From Acetilactobacillus jinshanensis (GTDB lineage Bacteria > Bacillota > Bacilli > Lactobacillales > Lactobacillaceae), in the NCBI GenBank assembly GCA_043289735.1, contig CP171343.1:797431-861430 (forward strand): DNA of 64,000 nt. The letters are read 5' to 3'. The position numbers and the translations under genes are program-made. Numbering within the stretch: the stretch's first letter is position 1; each line of letters begins with the position of its first letter. The notes below the pieces were generated by a model. The model did no database searches and was not told the origin of the DNA. It saw only the letters and a list, made by a program, of their open reading frames with translations. Positions 52,805-63,499 of the stretch are shown in pieces.

Positions 52805-54883
52805 TTAAAGATTTAACTTCTTATAATCTGCTTCGGTCAAATAAACGTCACGGGGCTTTGAACCTTCCTGACCGGAAATATAATTATGCTGTTCCAAATC
52901 ATCGATAATCTTAGCGGCTCGGTTATACCCGATCGAGAAGACCCGCTGCAATTTAGATGTCGAAACGGTCTTTTCTTTAGCAATGTAAGCCAAAACTTGC
53001 GGCATTAATTTATCCTGATTTTCCAATTGATTAACGTGTTTTAATAACGAGCCCGGATGGAATGCGTAATGAGCCGGTTCTTGCTGACGAGCAAACCCAG
53101 CGACCCGATCAATTTCTTGGTTGCTTACGTAGCAGCCCTGCAGACGAATCGGATGACTGCTGCCGTTTCCTAAGTACAGCATGTCACCTTTACCCAATAA
53201 ACGTTCGGCACCCGATTGATCAATGATGGTTCGGGAATCAACCTGACTGGATACCATAAAGGCAACTCGAGTCGGAATGTTATTCTTCATCGTCCCGGTA
53301 ATTACGTCAACACTCGGCCGCTGGGTAGCAACCACCAAATGAATCCCGGCGGCACGAGCTTTTTGAGTAATCCGAACGATATAGGTCTCAATTTCATCAC
53401 CAGCCACCATCATCAAATCAGCCAATTCATCAATAACGATCAAAATATAAGGCATCTTCATTTGCGGCTGATGATGATCTTCGGCCTTCTGATTAAACTG
53501 CTCAATATTTCGGACCCCGGCCGCCGCTAATTTTTCGTAACGCTGGTTCATTTCTTTAGTGGCCCACTTCAAAGATGCGGCCGCTTGCTTAGGCTCCGAA
53601 ATAACCGGCGATAACAGATACGGAATTCCGTTATACGGAGCAAATTCAACGGCCTTCGGATCAATCAGAATCATCTTTAATTCCTGAGGAGTCGCTTTAT
53701 ACATTAACGAAATTAGCATACAGTTAATAAACACACTCTTACCGGATCCGGTCGCACCGGCGATCAAACCGTGCGGCATTTTTCGCAGATCGGTTACCCG
53801 GGGTTTACCGGTTAAATCGACCCCTAAAGCAATCGTTAAATCAGATTTGCTGTTCCGGAACGTCTTGGAATTGACCACTTCGGACAGCATGACCGGACGC
53901 GGCTTCGGATTCGGAATTTCGATTCCACAGGTCGTCTTACCCGGGATCGGGGCCTGAATTCGAATGTCTTTAGCGGCTAAAGCCATCTTTAAATCATCGG
54001 ATAAATGATTAATCTTACTGACTTTAACCCCTAACTGAAGTTTAACCTGAAACTGGGTAACGGTCGGTCCGTTGGTCCAATCCACCACCTGAGCGTTAAC
54101 GTTAAAGGCCTTTAAGGTCTTATTCAAAATTTCCGCTTTTTCTGAGATCCAATCGTCAAGACCTTTATCGTCATAACGTTTCGGGGCAACCAATAATTCA
54201 TGATTCGGAAAACGGTAGTTAGAAACGGTCGAAGGCTGAATCTGATGATGCTCTTCTTCATCTGAATCTGAGTTATCAAAATCACTTGACGGCTGGACAT
54301 TGGTCGGGTTCTGCGCAAGGAAGTCCGGTCGCTGGCCAAATGATTTTGAATCCAATTCGATTGCTTAAATAATTCGAGATTATTCTTAATGTCCTGGCCT
54401 TCATCGTGCATGATCGACGAAAAATCATGGCCTAACGGTTCATATTATTGTTGATGATGAATCTGAGTGAATTTGAAGCCAATTTAAAATGAAGAGCCAA
54501 TAAAATAACGTCATTATCATTCGGCGTTAATTCATTCGTTAAGCGCTGATAATGACTATGGATCCGCTGAAACTCCGTCGGTTCGCTTGGTGGGTGATAA
54601 TCAGCCTGACCTGGAGTTCCGTAATGGTGACGAGGCTTAAATTCAGCCGTTATTCTAGCGATCGGATTATTTTGCAGATCAATGTGGCTAGAACTAGTCG
54701 AATAAGGCTTAAAATCATTAAAATTCGCCCTTTGCACATCGCGCGAAAAGCGAGTCACCAGCCCTTGTCGACCATGTTCATACTGAATTTACGCTTCCGC
54801 GTGGCCTTAATCTTATTATGTTTATTAACTGTGCCGTCATGAACAAATTTTCGGTAAAAGGCGGGTCCATCGTAATGGTTCAT
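52805..54883 (-). pseudogene. sftA: soluble FtsK/SpoIIIE-family DNA translocase (SftA-like); N-terminal third frameshifted three times, motor ORF intact
   Basis: The 516-aa ORF carries Walker A GATGSGKS, Walker B IVIDELADL and a gamma-domain-like C-terminus. Upstream pieces (start ATG 54881-54883 MNHYDGPAFYRKF.., 54432-54758, 54124-54411) sit in successive frames. No TM helices were seen. Adjacent to murC and ytpR as in B. subtilis. Confidence 0.65.
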
Positions 54884-54921
54884 AAACTATTCACCCTTAA
54901 ATAAGAAAGTATAACAAATTA

Positions 54922-55560
54922 TTACTTAAACAACTTAGCAGCCGTCTTAAAATCAAACGGTTCACCAACTTTATACGAATCAGGCAAAATCAAAGCACCG
55001 GGATGCTGCGGAGCGCCGGGAATCCGTAATTCGTAACCGGCACAGATCATTCCGTTACTTTCAACGCCCTTTAATTTACTAGGCCAGATGATTAAACCGT
55101 TGGGCATCATCGCACCGACTTTAGCCACGACGACTTTGATCCCCTGCTTCATGTTAGGTGAACCGCTAACGATCTGAACGGTCTTGCCACCGTCGATCTC
55201 GGTCTGGGTTATCTTTAAGCGGGTGGAATCCGGATGCTGTTTACAGGTCTTAACGTAGCCGACGACGAATCGAGGAATCGGATCCGTCTTTAACTGATCG
55301 GTAAATCCGGCCGCTTTAATGGCTTGATTTAATTTTTTTAAATCATCGTTAGTTAATTTAATTTCACCGTTCTTACCCTTTAAATTAGGTAAAACGTGAC
55401 TGGCGTTTAAAATATTAAAGCCTAAAGTAATCTTTTGCTCTGGATCAAAAATTTTAACCACGTTTTGATTAATTTTAACGCTCTGCTGGGGAGTATCCTG
55501 ATGCAAGATAATAACTAAAATATCGCCCATCTGAGATGGATTATATCCGGCTGCTAACAT
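54922..55560 (-). CDS. ytpR: YtpR-like tRNA-binding-domain protein
   Basis: C-terminal OB/tRNA-binding domain (HPDSTRLKITQTEIDGGKTVQIVSGSPN..GVESNGMIC), the same fold as the PheT N-terminus. Confidence 0.8.
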   Translation of the reverse strand: MLAAGYNPSQMGDILVIILHQDTPQQSVKINQNVVKIFDPEQKITLGFNILNASHVLPNLKGKNGEIKLTNDDLKKLNQAIKAAGFTDQLKTDPIPRFVVGYVKTCKQHPDSTRLKITQTEIDGGKTVQIVSGSPNMKQGIKVVVAKVGAMMPNGLIIWPSKLKGVESNGMICAGYELRIPGAPQHPGALILPDSYKVGEPFDFKTAAKLFK

Positions 55561-55816
55561 ATTTAAAACTCCTTTTATATAAATATTTTGGTCTTTATCG
55601 AATTTATGTTCTAAAATTATTATAACTTATCTATAATTAATCATCATAATCGAATGGAGATTCATTATGAAAAAATTAACCAAATTCAGATCAAATTGAA
55701 AATAAAATTTTAAAAAAAATTAAATCTAAGTATCAGGGGTTCCAGATTAAAGGCACCTGGATCCAAAAGCATGAAGCTCACTATCTCGGTGGGATTACCG
55801 TATTCTTAAGAATTAA

Positions 55817-56470
55817 TTACCGATTAGATTTAACCGGAAAATGAACCACGATTCGATAAATAGGCCCCTTATACATCGTCTTTTCTTCATACTCGGTGAC
55901 AATATTATGCTCATTCTCTTTACTATGATGTAAATCCAAGGTTACGTCATCAAACTTCAGGCCATAATTATTCATACTCTTTAAAGAATACTCAAACAAA
56001 TTACGGTTATCGGTCTTAAATTTAATCGGTGCGTCCGGTGCTAAAATATCTTGATACCGAGGCAAGAACCGCGGTGACGTCAAACGACGCTTTGCGTGTC
56101 GTTTCTTCGGCCACGGATCAGAAAAATTCAGAAATAATCGGTCAATTTGATGAGGCTTAAAGAAATCGCACACCTGATTAGCGTTGGCTTCAACCAGTTG
56201 AACGTTATCACGATGATGATTAACCACCTTACGCAATGCCATCGCAACTACCGATTCATCCATTTCGATCCCGACGAAATTAATCTCAGGATGTAATTTA
56301 GAAATGGTATCAATAAACTGACCTTTGCCGGTTCCGATTTCTAAATAAATCGGCTGCTTTTTAGGAAAGCGCCGTTCCCATTCTCCTTGTAACGGATCAG
56401 GATCGGTTACGATCATCTGGGGATGAGCTTCAATATAGGGAGCAGCCCATTTTTTATGTCTTGCACGCAA
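55817..56470 (-). CDS. trmB: tRNA (guanine46-N7)-methyltransferase
   Basis: LEIGTGKGQF, FLNFSDPWPKKRHAKRR. Confidence 0.95.
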   Translation of the reverse strand: MRARHKKWAAPYIEAHPQMIVTDPDPLQGEWERRFPKKQPIYLEIGTGKGQFIDTISKLHPEINFVGIEMDESVVAMALRKVVNHHRDNVQLVEANANQVCDFFKPHQIDRLFLNFSDPWPKKRHAKRRLTSPRFLPRYQDILAPDAPIKFKTDNRNLFEYSLKSMNNYGLKFDDVTLDLHHSKENEHNIVTEYEEKTMYKGPIYRIVVHFPVKSNR

Positions 56471-56523
56471 ATTAACGACCTCCTAGTTATTTTTCTTAAC
56501 CTGCTTCGGTAAGTAAATTTTGA

Positions 56524-57385
56524 TCATAACAGAATTTCGACCAAGCCCATTAACCACCAGAGCATCTTTTGAAAGCTTTTAAGCTGATCGACACCGCTTA
56601 ACGGGTAGATATGAATAAAGGCGTTACTTTCAAAATGAAAGTAGAACGGAATAATTTGAAAAACGATCAAATAAACGAAGACGAGGCCCATTATGATTGG
56701 AAAAACCGTCCCGTTAATAAAGACCGAAATAATCAGACCGATAATCACCAGCCGGGCGTATAAATTACTAAATTCTTTATCCCGAAGAAAGCCGTGCCAA
56801 TCTAAGTAAAGATAGGTGTTAATCCGGGACGGCTTCACCAAATTAAAGATCGGCGCTAAATAACGGCGCCGGGAAACCGCGCTGCCAAAATTAGGAACGT
56901 CGACAAACATGTTAAAGATCGTATAGATATCATGCATGCGGTGATCTTCGCTTTTAATCACCTTTCGCCAGTTAATTGAACTAGACTGGCGACTAAAGCA
57001 ATTGGTATTGAATCCTTAATAACGGTAATAATACAAACCAAACGATTACTTGAATAATCGAGGCATTAAGGTAGCTATACACCAGCGCTTTTTTAAAATA
57101 GCCCTTCATCAACCCGTCGGTGGGCAACAAAAATACGTAATCCGGATCCTGCGTTAAAGAAGCCAGTCGTCCAAGTTGGGTCGCAATCAGCATCACGATG
57201 CCAATCAATAAGGCTATCCACCAGGTACCGAAGCGCAAAGTCTTTAAGAAATTAGAATATGCTAAACCTAATCCACCGACTAGAAAAAGCAGTGCAATTA
57301 CAAAGAAATCGTTAAAGACGTATTTAAGATACCTGGCCATGTGAATTAACTGGTCGCCTAATCGACGTTTATATAACCGCTTCAT
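56524..57385 (-). pseudogene. ecsB: ABC transporter permease EcsB remnant (two fragments, shortened)
   Basis: Hydrophobic ORFs 56993-57385 and 56524-56961 lie in different frames directly after ecsA. ~290 codons remain of ~400. Assignment largely by synteny. Confidence 0.55.
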
Positions 57386-58110
57386 TTTCGAGCATCCTTT
57401 GCTAACGACAAGTAGACATCGGATAACGTCTGTTTATGATACTTTTCCCTTAACTGGCCCATCGTGCTCTCGGTCCTAATTCGGCCGTTATGAATCAGCA
57501 CGAAGCGGTCACAAACTTTTTGAGCGGTATCCAATACGTGGGTGGTCATCAAAATACTACTGCCCTGTGCTTTTCGTTCATGAATTAAAGACAACAGATC
57601 ATGAACCGCTAACGGATCCAAGCCCAAGAATGGTTCATCAATAATAAATAATTTAGCGTCGGTCAAGAACGCACAGGTAATCATGACCTTCTGTTTCATA
57701 CCTTTTGAAAAGTCGATCGGGAACCAGTTCAGTTTATTGGACAACCGAAACCGATATAACAAATGCTTAGCCCGTTTCCAAGCTTGTTATGGATCTAGAT
57801 GATAAGCCAGGATCGTCATTTCCAGATGTTCCTTTAAGGTCAATTCTGGATATAAAATCGGCGTTTCGGGAACGTAAGCAATCTGCTGCTTATACTTCTG
57901 ACTATCGTCGTCAATCGAGATCCCGTTAATTTTAATCGATCCGGAAAACGGCTTTAAAAGTCCGATAATATGATTAATCGTGGTCGATTTACCGGCCCCG
58001 TTTAAGCCGATTAGCCCCACTAATTCACCATTTTTAACGTTAAACGATACGTCATGCAAAACGGGTAACTGAGAATAGCCACCCGTCACGTGAGATACTA
58101 CTAAAGACAT
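57382..58110 (-). pseudogene. ecsA: ABC transporter ATP-binding protein EcsA with in-frame TAA nonsense codon
   Basis: The N-part (Walker A GLNGAGKST) and the C-part (signature FSKGMKQK, Walker B LFIIDEP) are in the same frame, separated only by TAA at 57787-57789 (..LAYHLDP*QAWKRAKHLL..). 729 nt = 0 mod 3. Confidence 0.85.
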
Positions 58111-58242
58111 GATTTTATTTCATTCCTTTAAGTCGATAATCACATAATTCCGTAAGTATTATATCATACTTAAGATTATTTACGCCGCCTGGTTAGTGTA
58201 TAATTAAGGTAGATTATATTTAGAGATGAAAGAAGTTTGATT

Positions 58243-58686
58243 ATGAACAGCCAACTTGACGATAATTGTATCTTTTGTAAAATCATTGCGGGGAAAATCC
58301 CTAGTTACACCGTTTATGAAGATAAGGTTGTAAAAGCCTTCTTGGACATTTCACAAACCACTCCCGGCCATACGTTAGTCATCCCGAAGCGACATATCCC
58401 GAATATTTACGCTTACGACGCTAAATACGCCGGCGAAGTCTTTTCCCGGATCCCGATGATCGCCCGAGCGATCAAGGCTTCTAATCCTAAAATCAAGGGC
58501 TTAAACATCCTTAACAACAACGGAAAAATTGCTTCCCAATCCGTTTTTCATTCTCATTTCCATTTAATTCCCCGCTATACCGATCACGACGGCTTTTCCA
58601 TGAGCTTTACCAATCATAATTCTGAATACGATAAAGCTAAATTTACTAAAGTTCAGAACGATATTAAAAAACACCTGGAGAAATAA
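58243..58686 (+). CDS. hit: HIT-family nucleotide hydrolase
   Basis: CIFCKI, histidine triad HSHFHLIP; divergent from ecsA as in Bacillus. Confidence 0.9.
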   Translation: MNSQLDDNCIFCKIIAGKIPSYTVYEDKVVKAFLDISQTTPGHTLVIPKRHIPNIYAYDAKYAGEVFSRIPMIARAIKASNPKIKGLNILNNNGKIASQSVFHSHFHLIPRYTDHDGFSMSFTNHNSEYDKAKFTKVQNDIKKHLEK

Positions 58687-58791
58687 CCATGAATAAATTC
58701 AGAAATCAATTAAGCAAATTAAAAATAATTTTAAAAATGATATGTTATGTTATATAAGTGATTAATTAATAGAAATAGGAGTTTTAAAACA

Positions 58792-59667
58792 ATGAAATTA
58801 AGAAAGAAAATTTTAATTGGTGCGATGGGTGGCTTAATGTGTTTATCATTAGCCGCCTGTGGTAACCAATCAGTTGCCACCACTAACGGTGGTAAAATTA
58901 CGCGAACTTCTTATTACAACAACATGAAGAAGACCGCAAACGGTAAACAAGTCTTACAGCAAATGATTTTAGATAAAGTCTTTTCTAAAGATTACGGTAA
59001 AGACGTTAAAGCTTCTCAAGTTAACGCCATTATGGAACAGATGAAGGCTCAGTACGGTTCTGAATTCAGTATGCTCTTACAGCAGCAAGGCATGACGACT
59101 ACTCAATTAAAGAAGAGCTTACGCAGTAAGTTGCTGTTAAGACAAGCCGTTAAGCACAATACTGACTTTACTAAGTCCATGCTTAAGAAACAGTTCAAGA
59201 GCTTTGAACCTAAAGTAACGGTTGACCAAATCCTGGTTACTAGCCAATCCAAAGCCCAGACGATTGAATCCAAGCTAAAGTCCGGCGACAGCTTCACTAG
59301 TTTAGCCAAGAAATATTCTAAGGATCCAACCAGTAAAAACGGCGGCCGTCTAGCTCCGTTTGATAACACGGCTAACTTAAGTCCTAAGTTTAAGAAAGCC
59401 GCCTTTAATCTTCACAATGGTGAATATACCAAGTCACCTGTTAAGACTCAGTACGGTTACCAAATCATTAAAATGGTCAACAAGCCAGAAAAAGGAACCT
59501 ACAAAGATAACAAGAGCGCTTTAGAAGATCAGATTACCGATAAAGAAATGAAGAGCGCTACCCTGATGCATAAAATCGTTTCTAAAGTTCTACGAAACGG
59601 TAACGTTAATATCCAAGATAACAGCTTAAAGAACATCTTGGCTGATTACATGTCACCATCTAATTAA
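58792..59667 (+). CDS. prsA: foldase lipoprotein PrsA (parvulin-type PPIase)
   Basis: Lipobox LSLAACG; PpiC domain (..SKNGGRLAPFD.., YGYQIIKM). Confidence 0.9.
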   Translation: MKLRKKILIGAMGGLMCLSLAACGNQSVATTNGGKITRTSYYNNMKKTANGKQVLQQMILDKVFSKDYGKDVKASQVNAIMEQMKAQYGSEFSMLLQQQGMTTTQLKKSLRSKLLLRQAVKHNTDFTKSMLKKQFKSFEPKVTVDQILVTSQSKAQTIESKLKSGDSFTSLAKKYSKDPTSKNGGRLAPFDNTANLSPKFKKAAFNLHNGEYTKSPVKTQYGYQIIKMVNKPEKGTYKDNKSALEDQITDKEMKSATLMHKIVSKVLRNGNVNIQDNSLKNILADYMSPSN

Positions 59668-59742
59668 AAAAATCATAGGAATTATGAACAAATTATGACC
59701 CAAGTTGTGATACACTTAAATCGGAAAGAGGAGGATTTACTT

Positions 59743-61158
59743 ATGAAAAAGACTAAAATCGTAAGTACTTTAGGTCCTGCCAGTTTTACGGTCCCGAAGA
59801 TCGCTAAGTTAATTAAAGCAGGAGCTAACGTTTTCCGTTTCAACTTCTCACATGGTAGTCATCCTGAACACTTAAAGCGTTACAAGATGGTTGTCCAGGC
59901 TGAAAAGAAGACTGGCATGAACGTTGGTATCGATTGTGATACTAAGGGTGCTGAAATTCGTACCACCGCTAATAAAGATGGTAAGAACTTCACTTATCAT
60001 CCAGGTGACGTATTTAATATCGGTATGGATGCCGATGGTAAGAAAGAAACTACTAAAGACTTAGTTCAGTCTACTTATGACGGCTTATTTGACGATGTTC
60101 ACGTCGGTGGACACGTTATGTTCGATGATGGTATTTTAGACACCATTTGTGAAAGCAAAGATAACTCTAAGCGTCAATTAATCGTTAAGGTTCAAAACAC
60201 CGCTACTTTAGGCTCTCGTAAGACTGCTGATATTCCTGGTGCCATCGTTAACTTACCGGGTGTTACCAAGAAAGATGAAAATGATATTCGTTTTGCTTGT
60301 GAAAACATGAATATCAACTACATCACCGCATCCTTCTTACGTAAGCCTAAGGATGTTCGTGATATTCAGAAGATCTTAAAGGACGAAAACATGACCGACG
60401 TTCAGATCTTACCTAAGTTAGAAAACCAAGAAGGTATTGATAACTTACCAAAGATCATGAAGTTAGCCGATGGCGTTATGGTTCCTCGTGGTGACATGGC
60501 CGTTAACATTCCGTTCGAAAACGTTCCGTTAGTTCAGAAGCACATGATTCATTACTGTAACAAGTTAGGTAAGCCAGTTATCACTGCCACCCAGATGGAA
60601 GCTTCCATGGCCAAGAACCCTCGTCCTAGCCGTGCCGAAGTTTCTGACTGTGCCGATGCCGTATTTGATGGTACCGATGCTACGATGCTTTCTGGTGAAA
60701 CCGCTAATGGTGACTGGCCTGTACATGCCGTTGCTTCAATGGCACGCATTGATACCAAGGCTGAAAATCACTTTGCACAGTATGGCTACCCTCGTCCAAA
60801 GTTCGAAGGCGGCGATACTGCTGAAGCGGTTGCTCATAGTGCTACTTTAGAAGCTGCTGACTTAGGTATTAAGACCATCGTTTGCTTCACTAAGAACGGT
60901 CACATGCCACGGATGTTCTCTAAGTACCATCCGAATGCTGACGTCTTAGCATTAGCACCTACTGCTCGTGTACGTGACGGCTTAACTATTAACTGGGGTA
61001 TTCATCCGGTAATGGCTAAGGCACCTGCTGACGTCAAAGGCGCTTTACAGGAAGCCATGAGCGAAGCCGTTAACTCCGGTTTAGCTAAGAAAGGTGACAA
61101 GATCTTAGTTGCCATGGCTAACCCCGTTGAAGGTGCTATCGTTTGTACCGTTAAGTAA
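59743..61158 (+). CDS. pyk: pyruvate kinase (short form, no PEP-utilizer C-domain)
   Basis: Start ATG 59743 behind AAGAGGAGGA; KIVSTLGPAS, FNFSHG, DTKGAEIR, PKLENQEG, MVPRGDM, TATQM, LSGETANG. Confidence 0.9.
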   Translation: MKKTKIVSTLGPASFTVPKIAKLIKAGANVFRFNFSHGSHPEHLKRYKMVVQAEKKTGMNVGIDCDTKGAEIRTTANKDGKNFTYHPGDVFNIGMDADGKKETTKDLVQSTYDGLFDDVHVGGHVMFDDGILDTICESKDNSKRQLIVKVQNTATLGSRKTADIPGAIVNLPGVTKKDENDIRFACENMNINYITASFLRKPKDVRDIQKILKDENMTDVQILPKLENQEGIDNLPKIMKLADGVMVPRGDMAVNIPFENVPLVQKHMIHYCNKLGKPVITATQMEASMAKNPRPSRAEVSDCADAVFDGTDATMLSGETANGDWPVHAVASMARIDTKAENHFAQYGYPRPKFEGGDTAEAVAHSATLEAADLGIKTIVCFTKNGHMPRMFSKYHPNADVLALAPTARVRDGLTINWGIHPVMAKAPADVKGALQEAMSEAVNSGLAKKGDKILVAMANPVEGAIVCTVK

Positions 61159-61181
61159 TTTTAAAAATTAAATCTATAAAT

Positions 61182-62455
61182 TTAAGTCCTGAATTTTTTC
61201 AGGACTTTTTTGTTTGCAAAATTAAAGGGCTTTTCGTCCGAAGTGCAGTAAATCACCTGTAACTGCTGACTAATTTTTTTCAATAACTTCAGCGCCGCAT
61301 GACGACGCTCCACATCAAAATCGGTCAAACCGTCGTCGATCATGACCGGCATGGGATAATCATGACTAAAGACCTGGGCCATCGCAAAAATCAAAGCTAG
61401 ATAAAGCTGCTGAACGGTCCCCTTCGACAATTCATAAAGGGTAAAGCGTTGCCGGTCCCTTCGCATGACTTTAATTTTAGATTTATTAAAGACGATCGAA
61501 ACGTATCGACCGTTAGTTAAAGTCCCGAAATTAGCTCGAGCTTGCTGCTCGATCTTGGGTACCCGCCCTTTGGTCGCTAAATTAAGGGCCTGGTTGATCC
61601 ATTGACTGGCTAACGATTCTTCCAGCCATCGTTTTACTAACGGATTGATTTCGGTTCTTGAATTAGCGGCTCGTTGCTGTAATTCATCATAGCTACCGTT
61701 ATGCCCTTTAATTGATCATAGGATTGATACCGCTGTAAGTTTGTAATTTCTCGAGAACTAATCTGTTTAGCTAATTCACGGTAAGTGCTTTAGTTTAGCC
61801 TGCTCTTTTTGTAATTGTTGTTGATATTGTTGTCGATTCGGTTCATTTTAGCCACGTAATTTTTTCTTTAAGAGATCCTGATAGGTCTGATAACCCGACT
61901 TAGCCTGCTTAACCCGATCCATCAAACGAGAATAGCGCTTCAATTTTTGATTCAACGGCGGCTTATAACCGCGGGGTGAATAAATCTGTTTAACCCGCTT
62001 ATTAAGATCCTCCCGATAATCGATCCAGTCGTTACTATGGGCAAGCCCGATTCGCTGGATTCGGTAAATTAAATCTTTTTGCTTTAATTTACCCATCTGA
62101 CGCAGATTAACGGTCCCGAAATAATAAAGGGCGTCAAAAGTATTCCGGTTAAACGGTCCCAAAATTTTCTTCATTAAATCCCACCGTTTTTACCGGCCAT
62201 CCGTTGAACGATGTATTCGTGACCATTAGAACTAACGTCTAGCTGGCCACCGTAATTTTTAGAATTTCGGGGAATATAGTTTTTATGGCTAGTCCGACGC
62301 TGTAAATAACCGAAGAGCACACCTTTAATAAAACTAATTAAAGTTGTCTTGCCAGCTTCGTTTCGTCCGTATAAGATATTTAATCCCGTTTGAAACGGAA
62401 TTGTAACGTCATGCCATTTACCATAATTAAAGATGTCGAGCTGCTTAATTCTCAT
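61182..62455 (-). pseudogene. yhaN: SMC-like ATPase YhaN (SbcE/SbcC-like), frameshifted and missing most of the coiled coil
   Basis: N-terminus MRIKQLDIFNYGKW..GRNEAGKTT (Walker A) at 62174-62455. The C-terminus carries the signature/Walker B region LSKGTVQQLYLAL..VMIDDGLTDFD at 61182-61466. Only ~1.27 kb lies between start and stop, versus >2.5 kb expected. Confidence 0.7.
61184..61212 (+). terminator. intrinsic terminator after pyk
   Basis: 10-bp stem AAGTCCTGAA-TTTT-TTCAGGACTT followed by a T-run. Confidence 0.8.
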
Positions 62456-62459
62456 CGTC

Positions 62460-63489
62460 AGAACCCCTATGATTAGTTATCAATTGCATAATTTGCTGCT
62501 TTAATCGTTGAATCTCTTCTGGATTATTAAAGCGGTGATTAATAAACGGATATTGAAATAACTTTTTAGCCAGACTATCCACGTTACCCAGTTGAAAGAC
62601 CTGCTCAGCACTCTATAAACCCAAGCGTTATAATCCGGATAACGATCCTGAAGTTCCGCTTGAACCTGATCCAGTAGATTTTGGTTCGTAATCAAAGTTA
62701 TTAAATCAGACTTTAAATTAGACTATTTAAATTTAAATCAACTAACCAATTAATAACCGAAGTCGAATGAAACTCCGGCTGAAACTGATTTTGGCTATCA
62801 ACTAATAAATAGCCCTTATCACCAGTTTCGTTTGGATTTCGTCCTTGAATATTACCCGGATAAACAACTGGTGGCTGCTGATTAATAACTCGTCGCTTAT
62901 GAACGTGGCCTAGCGCCCAGTAATCATAATGCTTACTAAGTAATTCGTTTAAGCTAAACGGCGTGTAGTTAGACGTACCGCTGCTGATCTGGCCGTGAAT
63001 CATCCCGATTTGATAATCACAATTTTGTTTAACCGGAAAATTATCAATTTTTCGTTCAGGTTCCCACCGGCTACCGTAGCTAAATCCGGTAATCTTGATT
63101 AATTTGCCCCGGATTCATTTCAGTTCTTTTGTCGTAACCTGATTAGGAAACACGTAGGCATTGTCCGGATAGCCTAGCTTATGATAATCACCCGAATAAT
63201 AATCATGGTTCCCAAAGCTCAGGAAAACGGGAATCTGATGCTGATCCAAGAATCTTAATTGATGCTTTAAAAAATTTTGCGCCCGAACGTTTTGATCCTG
63301 ACGATCAAATAAATCACCCACGATCAAAACAAAATCAACCTGATATTTAACGGCGGCTTGAACAATTCTTGCAAACGATCGATACGTTGATCGATAAACT
63401 AATTTCCATAACGCATACGGCGTTCCGTCGTTTCGTAAATTATCAAACGGACTATCTAAATGTAAATCAGCGGTGTGAATAAATTTCAT
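62460..63489 (-). pseudogene. yhaO: SbcD-like metallophosphoesterase YhaO (SbcF), in-frame TGA plus frameshift(s)
   Basis: MKFIHTADLHLDSPF, GDLFD, GNHD in 63115-63489. TGA at 63115-63117 is in the same frame as 62713-63003 (..GHVHKRR..). The tail piece 62501-62695 is in another frame. Confidence 0.8.
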
Positions 63490-63499
63490 AAGATCCTCA

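Noticed and set aside
55660-55816. Short plus-strand ORF with an RBS (MKKLTKFRSN*) and a second frame reading ..KILKKIKSKYQGFQIKGTWIQKHEAHYLGGITVFLRIN in the ytpR-trmB spacer
   Set aside because: It could be another small-gene remnant, but it is too short, I recognise no family, and a frameshift would have to be assumed. It is not supportable from sequence alone.
1294-60850. Plus-strand (or alternative-frame) ORFs of 60-120 aa lying inside minus-strand genes: 1294-1551, 7107-7304, 7558-7764, 11567-11755, 11716-12081, 15598-15852, 21556-21744, 22390-22629, 22723-22911, 28247-28429, 29200-29403, 29805-29999, 29822-30022, 36109-36324, 40794-41111, 42358-42561, 47040-47318, 47075-47314, 48181-48474, 48227-48487, 49207-49398, 50805-51068, 53216-53530, 54552-54842, 59103-59369, 60552-60758, 60632-60850
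   Set aside because: Each is fully embedded in a confidently identified gene on the other strand or frame. They have low-complexity or odd composition, no RBS and no recognisable motif, so they are shadow ORFs.
59743-61158. Pyruvate kinase with unusual motif variants (DTKGAEIR, MVPRGDMAVNIP, SDCADAV) and no C-terminal PEP-utilizer domain, possibly a degenerate paralogue
   Set aside because: The catalytic Lys/Glu (KLEN), the Asp of RGD, TATQM and LSGETA are all present, and short-form Pyk exists in heterofermentative lactobacilli. I treat it as an ordinary, if divergent, pyk.
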